A DNA stretch of 64,000 bases from an uncultured bacterium (GTDB lineage Bacteria > Patescibacteriota > Microgenomatia > Levybacterales > UBA12049). The notes beneath the pieces are model-generated. The model did no database searches, had not been told where the DNA came from, and saw only the letters and a list, made by a program, of their open reading frames with translations. The position numbers and the translations under genes were made by a program. Positions within the stretch are counted from its first letter, which is position 1; the number at the start of each line of letters is the position of its first letter. Where the stretch lies: positions 426,814-490,813 of the forward strand of contig CAWGXL010000010.1 of the NCBI GenBank assembly GCA_963826535.1, in the 5' to 3' direction. Below are positions 1 to 9,221 of the stretch, in pieces.

Positions 1-247
1 ATAAGCGAATATTCCAATAAAAAAGCTTCTTGATCAGGTGCGGCTAACTGTTGAAAAAAAACAAAAACAGTCAAAAAAATAAATAATAATGTAATAAATG
101 GAAATCTCCGCGCTCGTATCGAATCCGAAATAGGGAACATAAATTAAATAATAAGCTTATTATACACATCAATTATCAAAATAGAGAAAGAAAACGATGA
201 GAAAGACCAATAATCCCTTGACATACTAATACACATCCAGTATTCTA

Positions 248-420
248 TATATATTCTTTCGGGGAATTGTGTAAATCAAAATCGGTAGTAAATCCCGATC
301 TAATCGGGAAAACTCTACAAGTCGCCTAGGCGACAGGAACTGGTGAAAATCCGGTAGCGACCGTATAGTCGGGAGGTACGCTTAGCGTACTATTCCCCAG
401 CTCAGCTGGGGATGAAAGAA
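248..420 (+). promoter_or_regulatory. FMN riboswitch (RFN element) aptamer candidate
   Basis: Conserved RFN-like blocks in order: CUUUCGGGG (256-264), CGGUAGUAAA (283-292) followed by hairpin CCCGAUCUAAUCGGG (294-308), hairpin GUCGCCUAGGCGAC (321-334), AACUGGUGAAAAUCCGG (338-354), GCGACCGUAUAGUCGGGAGG (357-376). Closing helix GGGGAAU (261-267) / AUUCCCC (392-398). Sits upstream of an ECF transporter next to riboflavin kinase. Confidence 0.6.
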
Positions 421-521
421 AGAATTAAATTATCTAATTTTTAAACCCTCAAATTAACTCAAAATTATATTGGGTTTAAATTAGAAATTGATCAATCAGG
501 TCAATTAGAAAAATTTATTGC

Positions 522-541
522 ACCCCGAAAGGGGTTTTTTT
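522..541 (+). terminator. Intrinsic terminator / SD-sequestering hairpin in riboswitch expression platform
   Basis: ACCCCgaaaGGGGU hairpin with GNRA loop followed by T8. The start codon at 542 follows the T-run directly. The AAAGGGG Shine-Dalgarno lies inside the 3' arm. Confidence 0.5.
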
Positions 542-1114
542 ATGAGTAAAACTAAATTAAAAACTCGTGAAATTGCAATAATAGCAGGTCTCGCTGCAGT
601 TTCAGCAGTAGTACAACTTATTCACATCGGATATCAATCACCTCAATGGGGGATGTGGATAGATATTGTAGGTGTAACTTGGGTAATCGGATTTTTACTA
701 TTCGGTTTACGAACTTCAGTCATAATTTCAATAGTCGGAGCAATTGTTATTACTCTATTTGCGCCTGAAACATGGCTAGGTGCAAGCATGAAATGGCTGG
801 CAAGTTTACCTATATTAATATTACTTGGAATATGGCTTATTAAAAAGAAAAAACCATTAAACCATTATAATTCACCTAAATACCTGATTATTCCTGTCTT
901 GCTTGGTATACTTATTCGATGCCTTATAATAATCCCGGTAAATTATTATTATGCGATTCCTATTTGGACAGGAATGAGTCCGGAAGTAGCTATGTCCACA
1001 ATTCCATGGTATATTATCGCTTTATTTAATATCATCCAAAGCATAATTGATGTCGCAATTGCCTGGATTCTGGTTTATAAATTCCGCCTAAATCGTTATG
1101 CAACTCACCCATAA
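542..1114 (+). CDS. ECF transporter substrate-specific (S) component, RibU-like riboflavin transporter candidate
   Basis: About 190 aa polytopic membrane protein with start MSKTKLK. First gene of an S-A-T ECF operon behind an FMN-riboswitch-like leader. The ORF-track start at 518 lies inside the terminator hairpin. Confidence 0.55.
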   Translation: MSKTKLKTREIAIIAGLAAVSAVVQLIHIGYQSPQWGMWIDIVGVTWVIGFLLFGLRTSVIISIVGAIVITLFAPETWLGASMKWLASLPILILLGIWLIKKKKPLNHYNSPKYLIIPVLLGILIRCLIIIPVNYYYAIPIWTGMSPEVAMSTIPWYIIALFNIIQSIIDVAIAWILVYKFRLNRYATHP

Positions 1115-1138
1115 AACTAAAACGTCCACCGGGCATTT

Positions 1139-1885
1139 ATGAAACAGGGGATATCCATTGAAAATGTATCTTTAAGCTACAATAAAAAATCGAATCAGTT
1201 GGAAAATATAAATCTCAATATTTCCAAAGGCACTTTTTTCGGTATTTCAGGCGTAAACGGATCAGGAAAAACGTCTTTTACACAACTTTTAAACGGCCTT
1301 ATTCCTCACGAGATTCACGGTAAACTAAAAGGGAATGTATACATTGATGGAATCAACACACGACATCACTCTGTAGCATTCTTCGCCAAAAAAATAGGCA
1401 TGCTTTTCCAAAATCCCGATTTTATGTTATTTAATCTAACGGTCTCAGAAGAAATTGCATTTGGTATAAAAAATCTTAAATTAACAAATCAATCTGAACG
1501 GATAATAAAAAGTCTTAATTGGGTTGGACTGGGCGGTTACGAAAAGCGCGATCCACAGACTTTATCGCTAGGAGAAAAACAAAAAGTTGCCCTTGCTAGC
1601 ATTTTAGCATTAGATACAGAATATATCGTACTCGATGAGCCAATTGCCATGCTGGATTACGCCGGTGCACTAAATCTATACAATCTATTACGAAATATTA
1701 ATTATAATAAAGGTATTACAATAATAGTAGTTGAACATGACACCGATTTCTTATTAGAATTTGCAAATGAAGTAGCAATTATTGACAAAGGGAAAATTAT
1801 GCTACATGGACCAACTAAGTCCGTATTTTCGAACAAATCAAAATTAAAAAAAATTGGTATAAAAATCCCGCAAATAATTAAATGA
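1139..1885 (+). CDS. ecfA: ECF transporter ATPase (EcfA/CbiO family ABC ATPase)
   Basis: Walker A GVNGSGKTS, ABC signature LSLGEKQKVALA, Walker B IVLDEP, H-loop VVEHD. Confidence 0.8.
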   Translation: MKQGISIENVSLSYNKKSNQLENINLNISKGTFFGISGVNGSGKTSFTQLLNGLIPHEIHGKLKGNVYIDGINTRHHSVAFFAKKIGMLFQNPDFMLFNLTVSEEIAFGIKNLKLTNQSERIIKSLNWVGLGGYEKRDPQTLSLGEKQKVALASILALDTEYIVLDEPIAMLDYAGALNLYNLLRNINYNKGITIIVVEHDTDFLLEFANEVAIIDKGKIMLHGPTKSVFSNKSKLKKIGIKIPQIIK

Positions 1886-2448
1886 AAAGAGCAATAACAA
1901 TTTTAAAAATTGGGTCTCTACTCATATTTAATTCCATTATATTTTTATACCATAACTATATTGTCCTACTAATATTATTTTTATTTTTTATAATATTTAT
2001 CGCTCTCATGAAAAAACCAATTTATCAAAGGTTGAACACAATTTTCCCTATTTTTTTATTGTGTATTTTATTCCAGGTTATTTTTAACTCTTCCATTTCA
2101 TTAAATGAAAGAGCGATACTTGGTTTTATCTTCGGACTTAGACTCACTTTAATTAGTCTGTCAGTATTCTTATTTCTCTCTATAACCTCCTTATTCGAAC
2201 TTACACAATTATTTTATTTCCTTCCACGTACTTGGTTGCTATTACTGATTATGACCTGGTATTTTATTCCGGGAATCATATCAGAAAGTGAAAAAATTAA
2301 ACAAATACAAAAATCACGCGGTCTTAATATACAAAGCTGGAACCCCTTTAAAAGTCTTGCTTCGCTAATTATTCCATTATTACATAGAGTTTTTCAGCGT
2401 TCGCAAACACTTTCACTCACATTATTATCCCGAGGATATGAAGAATAA
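1882..2448 (+). CDS. ecfT: ECF transporter transmembrane (T) component (EcfT/CbiQ-like)
   Basis: Hydrophobic 188 aa protein. ATGA start/stop overlap with ecfA gives translational coupling. Position matches the T component. Confidence 0.55.
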   Translation: MKRAITILKIGSLLIFNSIIFLYHNYIVLLILFLFFIIFIALMKKPIYQRLNTIFPIFLLCILFQVIFNSSISLNERAILGFIFGLRLTLISLSVFLFLSITSLFELTQLFYFLPRTWLLLLIMTWYFIPGIISESEKIKQIQKSRGLNIQSWNPFKSLASLIIPLLHRVFQRSQTLSLTLLSRGYEE

Positions 2449-2450
2449 AT

Positions 2451-2828
2451 TTACCACCCAATATTACGAAAATATTCCAATGCTACTTGCATATCTTTAT
2501 TCATCCGTTCAATCAACGCTTTCTCTGAATCAAAATCAAACTCTTCATTACCTCGAATCTTCTTCAAAAATTTAACGCTAACCCATTCCCCATAAATATC
2601 GCGGTTAAAATCAAAGATATATGTCTCAAACAAAATATCCGTTTCACCAAATGTTCGAGCCGCTCCCACAAAACTAACTGATTTAAATTTTCGCCCTTCA
2701 AATCTTGTCACAGAAACATAAATTCCCTCAGGAAATTGTTTATGTAAACGTAAATTAATCGTTGGAAACCCAAGAGATTTCCCCCTCTTTTTCCCTTGCA
2801 ACACCTTACCTCTAATCAAATAAAACAT
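2451..2828 (-). CDS. Riboflavin kinase (monofunctional RibF C-terminal-type domain)
   Basis: GKKRGKSLGFPTINL motif typical of flavokinase. 125 aa. Confidence 0.75.
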   Translation of the reverse strand: MFYLIRGKVLQGKKRGKSLGFPTINLRLHKQFPEGIYVSVTRFEGRKFKSVSFVGAARTFGETDILFETYIFDFNRDIYGEWVSVKFLKKIRGNEEFDFDSEKALIERMNKDMQVALEYFRNIGW

Positions 2829-2883
2829 AATATTTATGATATTTGATCTCTTAACTTTTAACTTTGAACTTTGAACTATTCTG

Positions 2884-2956
2884 TACCCCTGGAGGGAGTC
2901 GAACCCCCAACCGACTCGTTAGAACCGAGCTGCTCTATCCATTGAGCTACAGGGGC
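2884..2956 (-). tRNA. tRNA-Arg (anticodon TCT)
   Basis: Reverse complement folds as GCCCCTG/TA/GCTC-AATGGATA-GAGC/A/GCTCG-GTTCTAA-CGAGT/.../GGGGG-TTCGACT-CCCTC/CAGGGGT+A. Anticodon loop UUCUAAC. Confidence 0.8.
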
Positions 2957-3132
2957 ATATCACTCATGCAGACTTCCCTTCCAACTCCGTTTCCCCTGAG
3001 TTAATCGGAGTATACTTTAGGAACATCTTCAAATTACGCGCGTAAACCTAAACCCTCAAACATTCTAACAAACCGATATGCGCAATTCAACCAAATCCAA
3101 AATCTTGCTATAATATTTAATATTGTGCAATC

Positions 3133-5286
3133 ATGAAAAAAATTATTAATTCTTCAAATTCACAGTCCTTAAAAATTCCGAATCATATTTATATATCATT
3201 TTCTATAAGTATTTTTTTAAGCTCTTTTTTACTTTTCCAGGTGCAGCCTATTATAAGCAAGTATATTTTACCCTGGTTTGGCGGATCTTCTGCTGTTTGG
3301 ATTACCGCAATACTATTTTTCCAAACACTTCTCCTCCTCGGCTATTTATATGTATTTTTGATCTCACGGTTACAATTAAAAAAACAAATAATTATTCACA
3401 TCTCTTTATTAGTTTTAATTACCTTTAATGTCTTATCGAATTTAAATAGCTCTCAAATACCCATCCTGCCAAATATAAAATCAGGATTGGGTAACAATTT
3501 TGCACCGCAATTTCAAGTACTATGGATACTTTTCATAGGTACGGGGCTCACTTACTTTATTCTGTCTACAACAAGTATACTTCTGCAAAAATGGTTCGGT
3601 GTCACTTATTATGGCAAGTCACCATATATTTTTTATTCTTTGTCTAATATCGCATCCCTTTTAGCTTTAATCAGTTACCCATTCCTTGTTGAGCCGTTCT
3701 TTCAACTAAAAACACAAGGTTTAACATGGTCCATAGGATTCTTAATATATAGCATATTTCTACTTGTCTGTTGTCTTCAAACATTTTCCACAACTTTAAA
3801 ATTAAAACAGAATTTAAGCAAAACTAAAAATAACCTTAAGGTAGTAAACAATATAAGCCGAAAAAAACTTTTTTTATGGATTTTGTTACCGGCCATTTCC
3901 TCCCTAATGCTTATGGCTACTACCAATTTACTAACTCAGTCAATCGCACCCATCCCATTCCTTTGGCTTTTGCCTTTGAGCATATATCTAATCTCGTTTA
4001 TTATCTGCTTCAGTGGAAAGAAATGGTATTTACGCAATCTATATGCATATATATCTCTTGTTACCGGTTTTTTATCTCTTGCGTTCATGTTTGGCAATAT
4101 CCCTTCTCTTCTGACCGGCCTGATCTTTTATAGCTTGATCCTTTTAAGCGCTTGCATGATCTGTCACGGAGAGCTGTATGCTCTCAGACCCGCGTCCATT
4201 CATTTAGATTTATATTATCTATTTATTGCCCTCGGGAGTGTCATAAGCGGAATACTGGTCGGTATAATTGCTCCATTGTTTTTCAAGGGAATTTGGGAAA
4301 CATATATAGGATTTTATCTTACATTTTTACTTACCGTTTGGGTATTAATCCATTATAAAGATTCAATTTTTTATAGGCACCTGCATTTTTTTGCCTATTC
4401 AGATAAGGAAGCATATATCTTTGCACTAATAGCCTACCCGCTCACTCTCATTGCAACTCCCTTGATGATGAATCTACTATCAGGAAGTAATCCAATCACA
4501 CAAAAAGTATGGAGAAATTTCTATGGTGTCCTAAGTGTAAAACACAAAAACGGCAATAATTTGACAACTCTCAATCACGGCAATATCATACATGGTGCCC
4601 AATTCACTGGAAATCTACAATTCGAACCGACAACATATTACGGTAAAAGAAGTGGTGTCGGGCTTGCCATTCTAAATCATCCAAAATACAGGAAAAGAAT
4701 TCACATTGGAATTATCGGACTGGGTACAGGAACTCTGGCCGCTTATGGGAAAAAAGGGGATTCGCTTTCATTTTATGAAATAAATCCTCAAGTTGTTGAA
4801 ATAGCCAAAAGCCAGTTTACATATCTAAAAAATTCTCCTTCAAAAATAAATATTGTATTGGGCGATGGTCGATTGTCATTAGAAAAAGAAGTGCAGGAAA
4901 ATAAAGAAAAATATGATTTACTGATTGTGGATGCTTTTAGTGATGATGCAATACCATTACATTTGCTGACAAATGAAGCTCTATCAGTCTATCTGAAACG
5001 ACTGAGCCGCCCCGACGGCATAATCGCATTTCATATCTCTAATCAGTATATAGATCTAAAACCGGTACTGGTCCAATTAGCAATAAAATACCATTTACAA
5101 CATGCTTTTATTAATTCTCCTGCTTCGAATATAAATATGGCATCGGAGTGGGCATTATTGACATACAATAAAAAAATCCTTGAAATTCCAGCAATAGCCA
5201 ACTATAAATATCCCGAAAATAAAAAATACAAAGAAATAAGTTTGTGGACAGACAATTACAGTAACCTCTTCCAAGTATTAAAATAA
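3133..5286 (+). CDS. Fusion protein: N-terminal polytopic membrane domain plus C-terminal spermidine synthase-like (aminopropyltransferase/SAM MTase fold) domain
   Basis: At least 12 predicted TM segments, then GIIGLGTGTLAAYG ... LIVDAFSDD, which is the spermidine-synthase family glycine-rich and acidic motif pair. Confidence 0.55.
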   Translation: MKKIINSSNSQSLKIPNHIYISFSISIFLSSFLLFQVQPIISKYILPWFGGSSAVWITAILFFQTLLLLGYLYVFLISRLQLKKQIIIHISLLVLITFNVLSNLNSSQIPILPNIKSGLGNNFAPQFQVLWILFIGTGLTYFILSTTSILLQKWFGVTYYGKSPYIFYSLSNIASLLALISYPFLVEPFFQLKTQGLTWSIGFLIYSIFLLVCCLQTFSTTLKLKQNLSKTKNNLKVVNNISRKKLFLWILLPAISSLMLMATTNLLTQSIAPIPFLWLLPLSIYLISFIICFSGKKWYLRNLYAYISLVTGFLSLAFMFGNIPSLLTGLIFYSLILLSACMICHGELYALRPASIHLDLYYLFIALGSVISGILVGIIAPLFFKGIWETYIGFYLTFLLTVWVLIHYKDSIFYRHLHFFAYSDKEAYIFALIAYPLTLIATPLMMNLLSGSNPITQKVWRNFYGVLSVKHKNGNNLTTLNHGNIIHGAQFTGNLQFEPTTYYGKRSGVGLAILNHPKYRKRIHIGIIGLGTGTLAAYGKKGDSLSFYEINPQVVEIAKSQFTYLKNSPSKINIVLGDGRLSLEKEVQENKEKYDLLIVDAFSDDAIPLHLLTNEALSVYLKRLSRPDGIIAFHISNQYIDLKPVLVQLAIKYHLQHAFINSPASNINMASEWALLTYNKKILEIPAIANYKYPENKKYKEISLWTDNYSNLFQVLK

Positions 5287-5329
5287 AGATAAGTACTTCT
5301 TCGAAGTCTGACGTTGATAATAAATTTTA

Positions 5330-5359
5330 TTGACAAACTTAATATTACTCCAGTATAGT
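5330..5359 (+). promoter_or_regulatory. Sigma70-like promoter
   Basis: TTGACA (5330-5335), 18-nt spacer, TATAGT (5354-5359). Lies 8 nt upstream of the ATG at 5367. Confidence 0.4.
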
Positions 5360-5366
5360 AATAAAG

Positions 5367-6359
5367 ATGATCCATCGTATTTTCAGATATTTACTAAAAA
5401 ACCAAGTACTATTTGCATTATTTATAGTCATTGCAGGATGGGTCTTATTACAAATTCGAGACATACTTCTTTCTGTTTTTCTCTCCTATATTATCGTGTC
5501 TGCTATATTACCCTCAGTAAAATTTTTACGGAGAAAAGGCGTCCCCAAACTACTGGCTGTGGTTATACCTTACTTTACAATGCTAGTTGCAATTTTTCTC
5601 CTCATACTACCATTAATTCCATTCATAATTTCTCAATTGCAGTCCTTAATACATAGATTTCCTCTCTATTTCAAACAAGCAAGCATCACACTCGGCCTCT
5701 CATTTGATTCTATCCAAATTCAATCTTATCTAACTAACGAATTAAACAATATTAGTAGAAATGCATTTACGTTAACCACGCAAGTCTTCGGCGGTCTATT
5801 CTCAATTATGATGATTTTAATAGTTAGTTTCTATTTACTACTATATTATGATGAATTTAAAAAATTTTTAGCAAACCTTTTCCCACATGATAATCGTATA
5901 TATGTACTTTCGACTATCGATAAAGTAAACCAAAAACTCGGAGCATGGCTTCGCGGTCAGGTTATACTTTGCTTGTTTATTGGATTATTATCCTGGATTT
6001 CTTTGACCGCCCTAGGAATCCCAAATGCATTACCGCTTGCCTTGCTTTCCGGTATTTTGGAAATAGTTCCAACCCTGGGACCAATTCTTTCAGCTATTCC
6101 GGCAGTTATAGTTGCTCTAACTATTTCGCCAACTTTAGGAATAACTGTCATTATCGTCTATATCCTCCTTCAACTCATTGAAAATAATTTCTTGGTACCC
6201 AAAGTTATGGAAAGAGCCGTAGGACTAAATCCTATCGTCGTGATTTTAGGAGTCCTGATCGGGGCTAATCTTATTGGTATTTCAGGTGCATTACTAGCTA
6301 TTCCATTGATCACATTCATACTCGTAATCATCAAAAGTCTAGAACAAAAACAACCATAA
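5367..6359 (+). CDS. AI-2E family (UPF0118, PerM/TqsA-like) transporter
   Basis: Eight TM helices. Conserved LLSGILEIVPTLGPILSAIPAVIVAL segment typical of AI-2E family. Confidence 0.7.
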   Translation: MIHRIFRYLLKNQVLFALFIVIAGWVLLQIRDILLSVFLSYIIVSAILPSVKFLRRKGVPKLLAVVIPYFTMLVAIFLLILPLIPFIISQLQSLIHRFPLYFKQASITLGLSFDSIQIQSYLTNELNNISRNAFTLTTQVFGGLFSIMMILIVSFYLLLYYDEFKKFLANLFPHDNRIYVLSTIDKVNQKLGAWLRGQVILCLFIGLLSWISLTALGIPNALPLALLSGILEIVPTLGPILSAIPAVIVALTISPTLGITVIIVYILLQLIENNFLVPKVMERAVGLNPIVVILGVLIGANLIGISGALLAIPLITFILVIIKSLEQKQP

Positions 6360-6371
6360 GTACTCAAATTA

Positions 6372-6977
6372 TCAACTTCTTTTATGAGCAGTTAAAAGAG
6401 TCCATGGGAACGGATTCTTTATCCCTGTAACATAAAAGTATTGACCGGCAAGTACATTAATCCCACTACGAGACCAATGTTGAATATGCTCAATATCATT
6501 TCCCCAACGGGAAATATTTTTCCCACGCAAAAAATTTGCCAACATAAACCAAGGCTCAAAAGGCACTGATATAATGCAATTACTTTTTGTAACTCGTTCA
6601 AGTTCTGCAAGCGCTTTTTCCGGATGATCTATGTGTTCCAGCACTTCATTACAAATAACCAGATCAAATGAATTAGCTTTAAATGGAATGTCATAAATTG
6701 TGGCTTGTTGCAATTTCAGTTCAGGATGCAACCCTCGGCCAATCTGAATTGCATTCTCCAAAAAATCAATTCCTACCAGTTTTCGTCCTATTCCAACCTT
6801 ACGAAACCTCTCAAGTGTAAATCCTTCACCACAACCCACATCCAGAATTGACTGTGGATTCAACCGCTTTACCTCACCCAATAAAGTATTGAAAAAATTA
6901 TTAATTAGATACCTCTGTACAGGATTTTTAGTGGTATGTTTAATATAGTTATCGGTTACGAGCATACATCCAATCAT
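6372..6977 (-). CDS. Class I SAM-dependent methyltransferase
   Basis: Motif I ILDVGCGEGF, acidic residue after beta-2 (GIDFLE), motif IV-like LVICNEVLEH. Confidence 0.75.
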   Translation of the reverse strand: MIGCMLVTDNYIKHTTKNPVQRYLINNFFNTLLGEVKRLNPQSILDVGCGEGFTLERFRKVGIGRKLVGIDFLENAIQIGRGLHPELKLQQATIYDIPFKANSFDLVICNEVLEHIDHPEKALAELERVTKSNCIISVPFEPWFMLANFLRGKNISRWGNDIEHIQHWSRSGINVLAGQYFYVTGIKNPFPWTLLTAHKRS

Positions 6978-7033
6978 TTTACAAAAAATTCGATAAAATT
7001 AATAGGGTAATAATTTGTTAGAATAAAACTGTT

Positions 7034-8956
7034 ATGTTTGCTGCGTTGATTTTTACAATTTTTCCAACCATTCTTTTTTATCTCTTTTTCAATAAAATTA
7101 TAAAAAGCATTTTTCTAAAACTTTCCTTTTCTTGGTTTTGTGGTCAATTTATTATGGCAATTATAACTTTTCTGGTTGCAATAGTCATTTCGCATTTTAC
7201 ATCGAATATATTAGTAAAAGCTGAATTAATAACTCTTATTGCATTGACTATAATTTTACTTTTATTCAGCAAACGAGTTTTAAGTATAAATGAAAATATC
7301 AAATTAAATAAAACATTTTTATATAAAATTATCATTCTACTTTTTGTTTTCTCATTTTCTTACTTCTTTTACACACCACACTTGAAAATAAACAATGGAA
7401 TAATTTACACCAGTTATGCATATTGGGACTTCCAATGGCACGCGCCTTTAATTCAAAATTTCGTCTATGGTGACAATTTTCCTCCTCAAAATGAATCTTT
7501 TGCTGGAATGCCTCAAACATATCATTTTTTTTGGGGATTTCTTGTTTCTATTTATAATTCAATTGGCTTAGATCTGGTATATGCAATAAATTACTTCAGC
7601 ATTATCAGCCTCTTCTTCTTATTATTAGCTATTATTGGTTTATCTGAAGAATTATTGAAATCATTTACAGCCGGAATTCTGGCTGTACTCTTAAGTTTAA
7701 CCTCATCAAGCCTTCGTTTTATACATCATATATTATATTCCCAAAACGAAAATCTTATACATTCAATAAACAACATATTAACCAATTCTCTTCATCCATT
7801 CTTTTTTTCTTTTGTGCCTGGTAATCCATATGGATATAACGGAACAATATTTAACATGTTCTATTTTTTAGCAGAAAGGCAAATGGTTTTCGCAATAATA
7901 TTTTTATTATTCTCCGTCTGGGTAATTTATAAAAGAAGAAAAATATCATATAAATATCTCATAATAATTGGAGCTCTAATGGGTACATTTTTCTTGTGGC
8001 ATTTATATATTACAATCATGGCGCTTTGCGCAATTTTCTTTACTTTAGTAATAGATAAGGATAAAAAGAGAACATTTGTTTTATTTTCAACCTTTAGTAT
8101 TGTGTTTATCTTACACATTTTATACTTCAATGGCATCACCGACTCTATTTGGTTTCATCCGGATATAAAAACTTTTCCCAGATTCAATTTCAATTTTCCG
8201 ACAATGCCACATGAATACCCTTTAACAATTGCTAATACTTTAAATTATTATCTTTATGCTTACGGTTTTAAAATTATATTTCTAATATTTGGATTAATTT
8301 ACCTTTGGAAAAAAAATAAAAAAATTTTGTTTATTACGGCATCTTTGCTAATACCTACTTTTATCTTGGTTAATACTGTTCAACTATCGCCTTTATCTAT
8401 TTATGATAACCACAAATGGTTAAGACCTATGAATGTGATAGTTGATATAATTGCCGGTTTCGCACTTTTACGAATTTTTTTGTATAAAAAGAATGCTTTA
8501 TTTATCTCGACCGGAATATTCTCACTAATTCTCCTTACAACCTCAGGCTTTATAGAATTACCACCTTTTTTCAATTCAAATCAATACAATACATACGTTC
8601 AATCTCAATCACCCCTAATACACGCAATAAGAAAAGAAACTAATCCTGGGGACATTTTTTTAGCATATTCAAATAAAGAAATTCAAATAGCAGGTAGAAA
8701 AGTTTTTTTAGGTGACTATGCCGGACAAAACCTGGGACTGAGAAAAGATTTAAGAAAAAAGATAATTAAAAATATCTATACATCTGATAGTTTGGAAAAT
8801 TTTTGTTTTCTAACTCATAAACATAATATAGATTATGTTGAAGTTGATACCAGCCAATTAGACCAGGAAAAGGCTATAATATTTAAAGCCTTAGATGGAG
8901 AAAATAAACTACGATCTTATATCAATACCTCACAAACTTGCAGAACATCAAAGTAG
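7034..8956 (+). CDS. Large polytopic membrane protein, possible ArnT/PMT-like glycosyltransferase
   Basis: 640 aa with many TM helices and a C-terminal soluble region. No diagnostic motif recognised. Confidence 0.35.
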   Translation: MFAALIFTIFPTILFYLFFNKIIKSIFLKLSFSWFCGQFIMAIITFLVAIVISHFTSNILVKAELITLIALTIILLLFSKRVLSINENIKLNKTFLYKIIILLFVFSFSYFFYTPHLKINNGIIYTSYAYWDFQWHAPLIQNFVYGDNFPPQNESFAGMPQTYHFFWGFLVSIYNSIGLDLVYAINYFSIISLFFLLLAIIGLSEELLKSFTAGILAVLLSLTSSSLRFIHHILYSQNENLIHSINNILTNSLHPFFFSFVPGNPYGYNGTIFNMFYFLAERQMVFAIIFLLFSVWVIYKRRKISYKYLIIIGALMGTFFLWHLYITIMALCAIFFTLVIDKDKKRTFVLFSTFSIVFILHILYFNGITDSIWFHPDIKTFPRFNFNFPTMPHEYPLTIANTLNYYLYAYGFKIIFLIFGLIYLWKKNKKILFITASLLIPTFILVNTVQLSPLSIYDNHKWLRPMNVIVDIIAGFALLRIFLYKKNALFISTGIFSLILLTTSGFIELPPFFNSNQYNTYVQSQSPLIHAIRKETNPGDIFLAYSNKEIQIAGRKVFLGDYAGQNLGLRKDLRKKIIKNIYTSDSLENFCFLTHKHNIDYVEVDTSQLDQEKAIIFKALDGENKLRSYINTSQTCRTSK

Positions 8957-8992
8957 TTTTTTGTTCTAAGTTCATTGTCCTGGGTTCAAAGT

Positions 8993-9010
8993 GCCCGCTA
9001 TACGGGCTTG
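8993..9010. terminator. Hairpin GCCCGcuauaCGGGC between a + gene and the minus-strand tRNA-Phe
   Basis: 5-bp GC stem, 5-nt loop, weak U-tract (UUGUG). Confidence 0.3.
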
Positions 9011-9084
9011 TGCCAAGGACGTGAGTTCGAACACGTATATCATGTTCTTCAGACATGCGCCATGACCACCTAGGCTACCTTGGC
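9011..9084 (-). tRNA. tRNA-Phe (anticodon GAA)
   Basis: Reverse complement: GCCAAGG/TA/GCC-...GG...-GGC/G/CATGT-CTGAAGA-ACATG/ATAT/ACGTG-TTCGAAC(T)-CACGT/CCTTGGC+A. Anticodon stem-loop is perfect. The T-loop appears to have 8 nt, which is atypical. Confidence 0.65.
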
Positions 9085-9198
9085 ATATACACTGATTTAA
9101 ATGTGATAATCAATCACTTTATATCAGTTTGAATTGTAACAAATTACTCATAATTTGACAATAAAACGTATTTATAGTAAAATCTCAACAATTAACCA

Positions 9199-9221
9199 AC
9201 GGGGTTGGTTTTTTATTTTTT
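9199..9221 (+). terminator. Hairpin plus T-tract directly abutting the start codon at 9222 (leader attenuator candidate)
   Basis: CCAACgggGUUGG followed by UUUUUUAUUUUUU then ATG. Upstream TTGACA (9159) - 17 nt - TAAAAT gives a promoter-like pair. Confidence 0.3.

Noticed and set aside
270-400. Cobalamin (B12) riboswitch, suggested by GGUGAAAAUCCGG and AGUCGGGAGG resembling the B12-box region
   Set aside because: The B12-box core GCCACUG is absent. The full block order (CUUCGGGG, CGGUAGUAAA plus hairpin, CUGGUGAAAUCC, GCCGAC-GU-AGUCNGGAUG-like) fits the FMN/RFN element much better. The genomic context (riboflavin kinase, RibU-like S component) also points to FMN.
3876-4358. ORFs 3876-4133 and 4152-4358 nested in gene 3133-5286
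   Set aside because: They are alternative-frame ORFs inside a long, well-supported membrane-protein CDS.
9011-9084. Possibility that tRNA-Phe is a pseudo-tRNA because of an apparent 8-nt T-loop
   Set aside because: The acceptor, D stem (GG present), perfect anticodon stem-loop (U33, GAA) and TTCGAA T-loop sequence are all canonical. An alternative 1-nt bulge alignment is equally possible. It is kept as a tRNA with reduced confidence.
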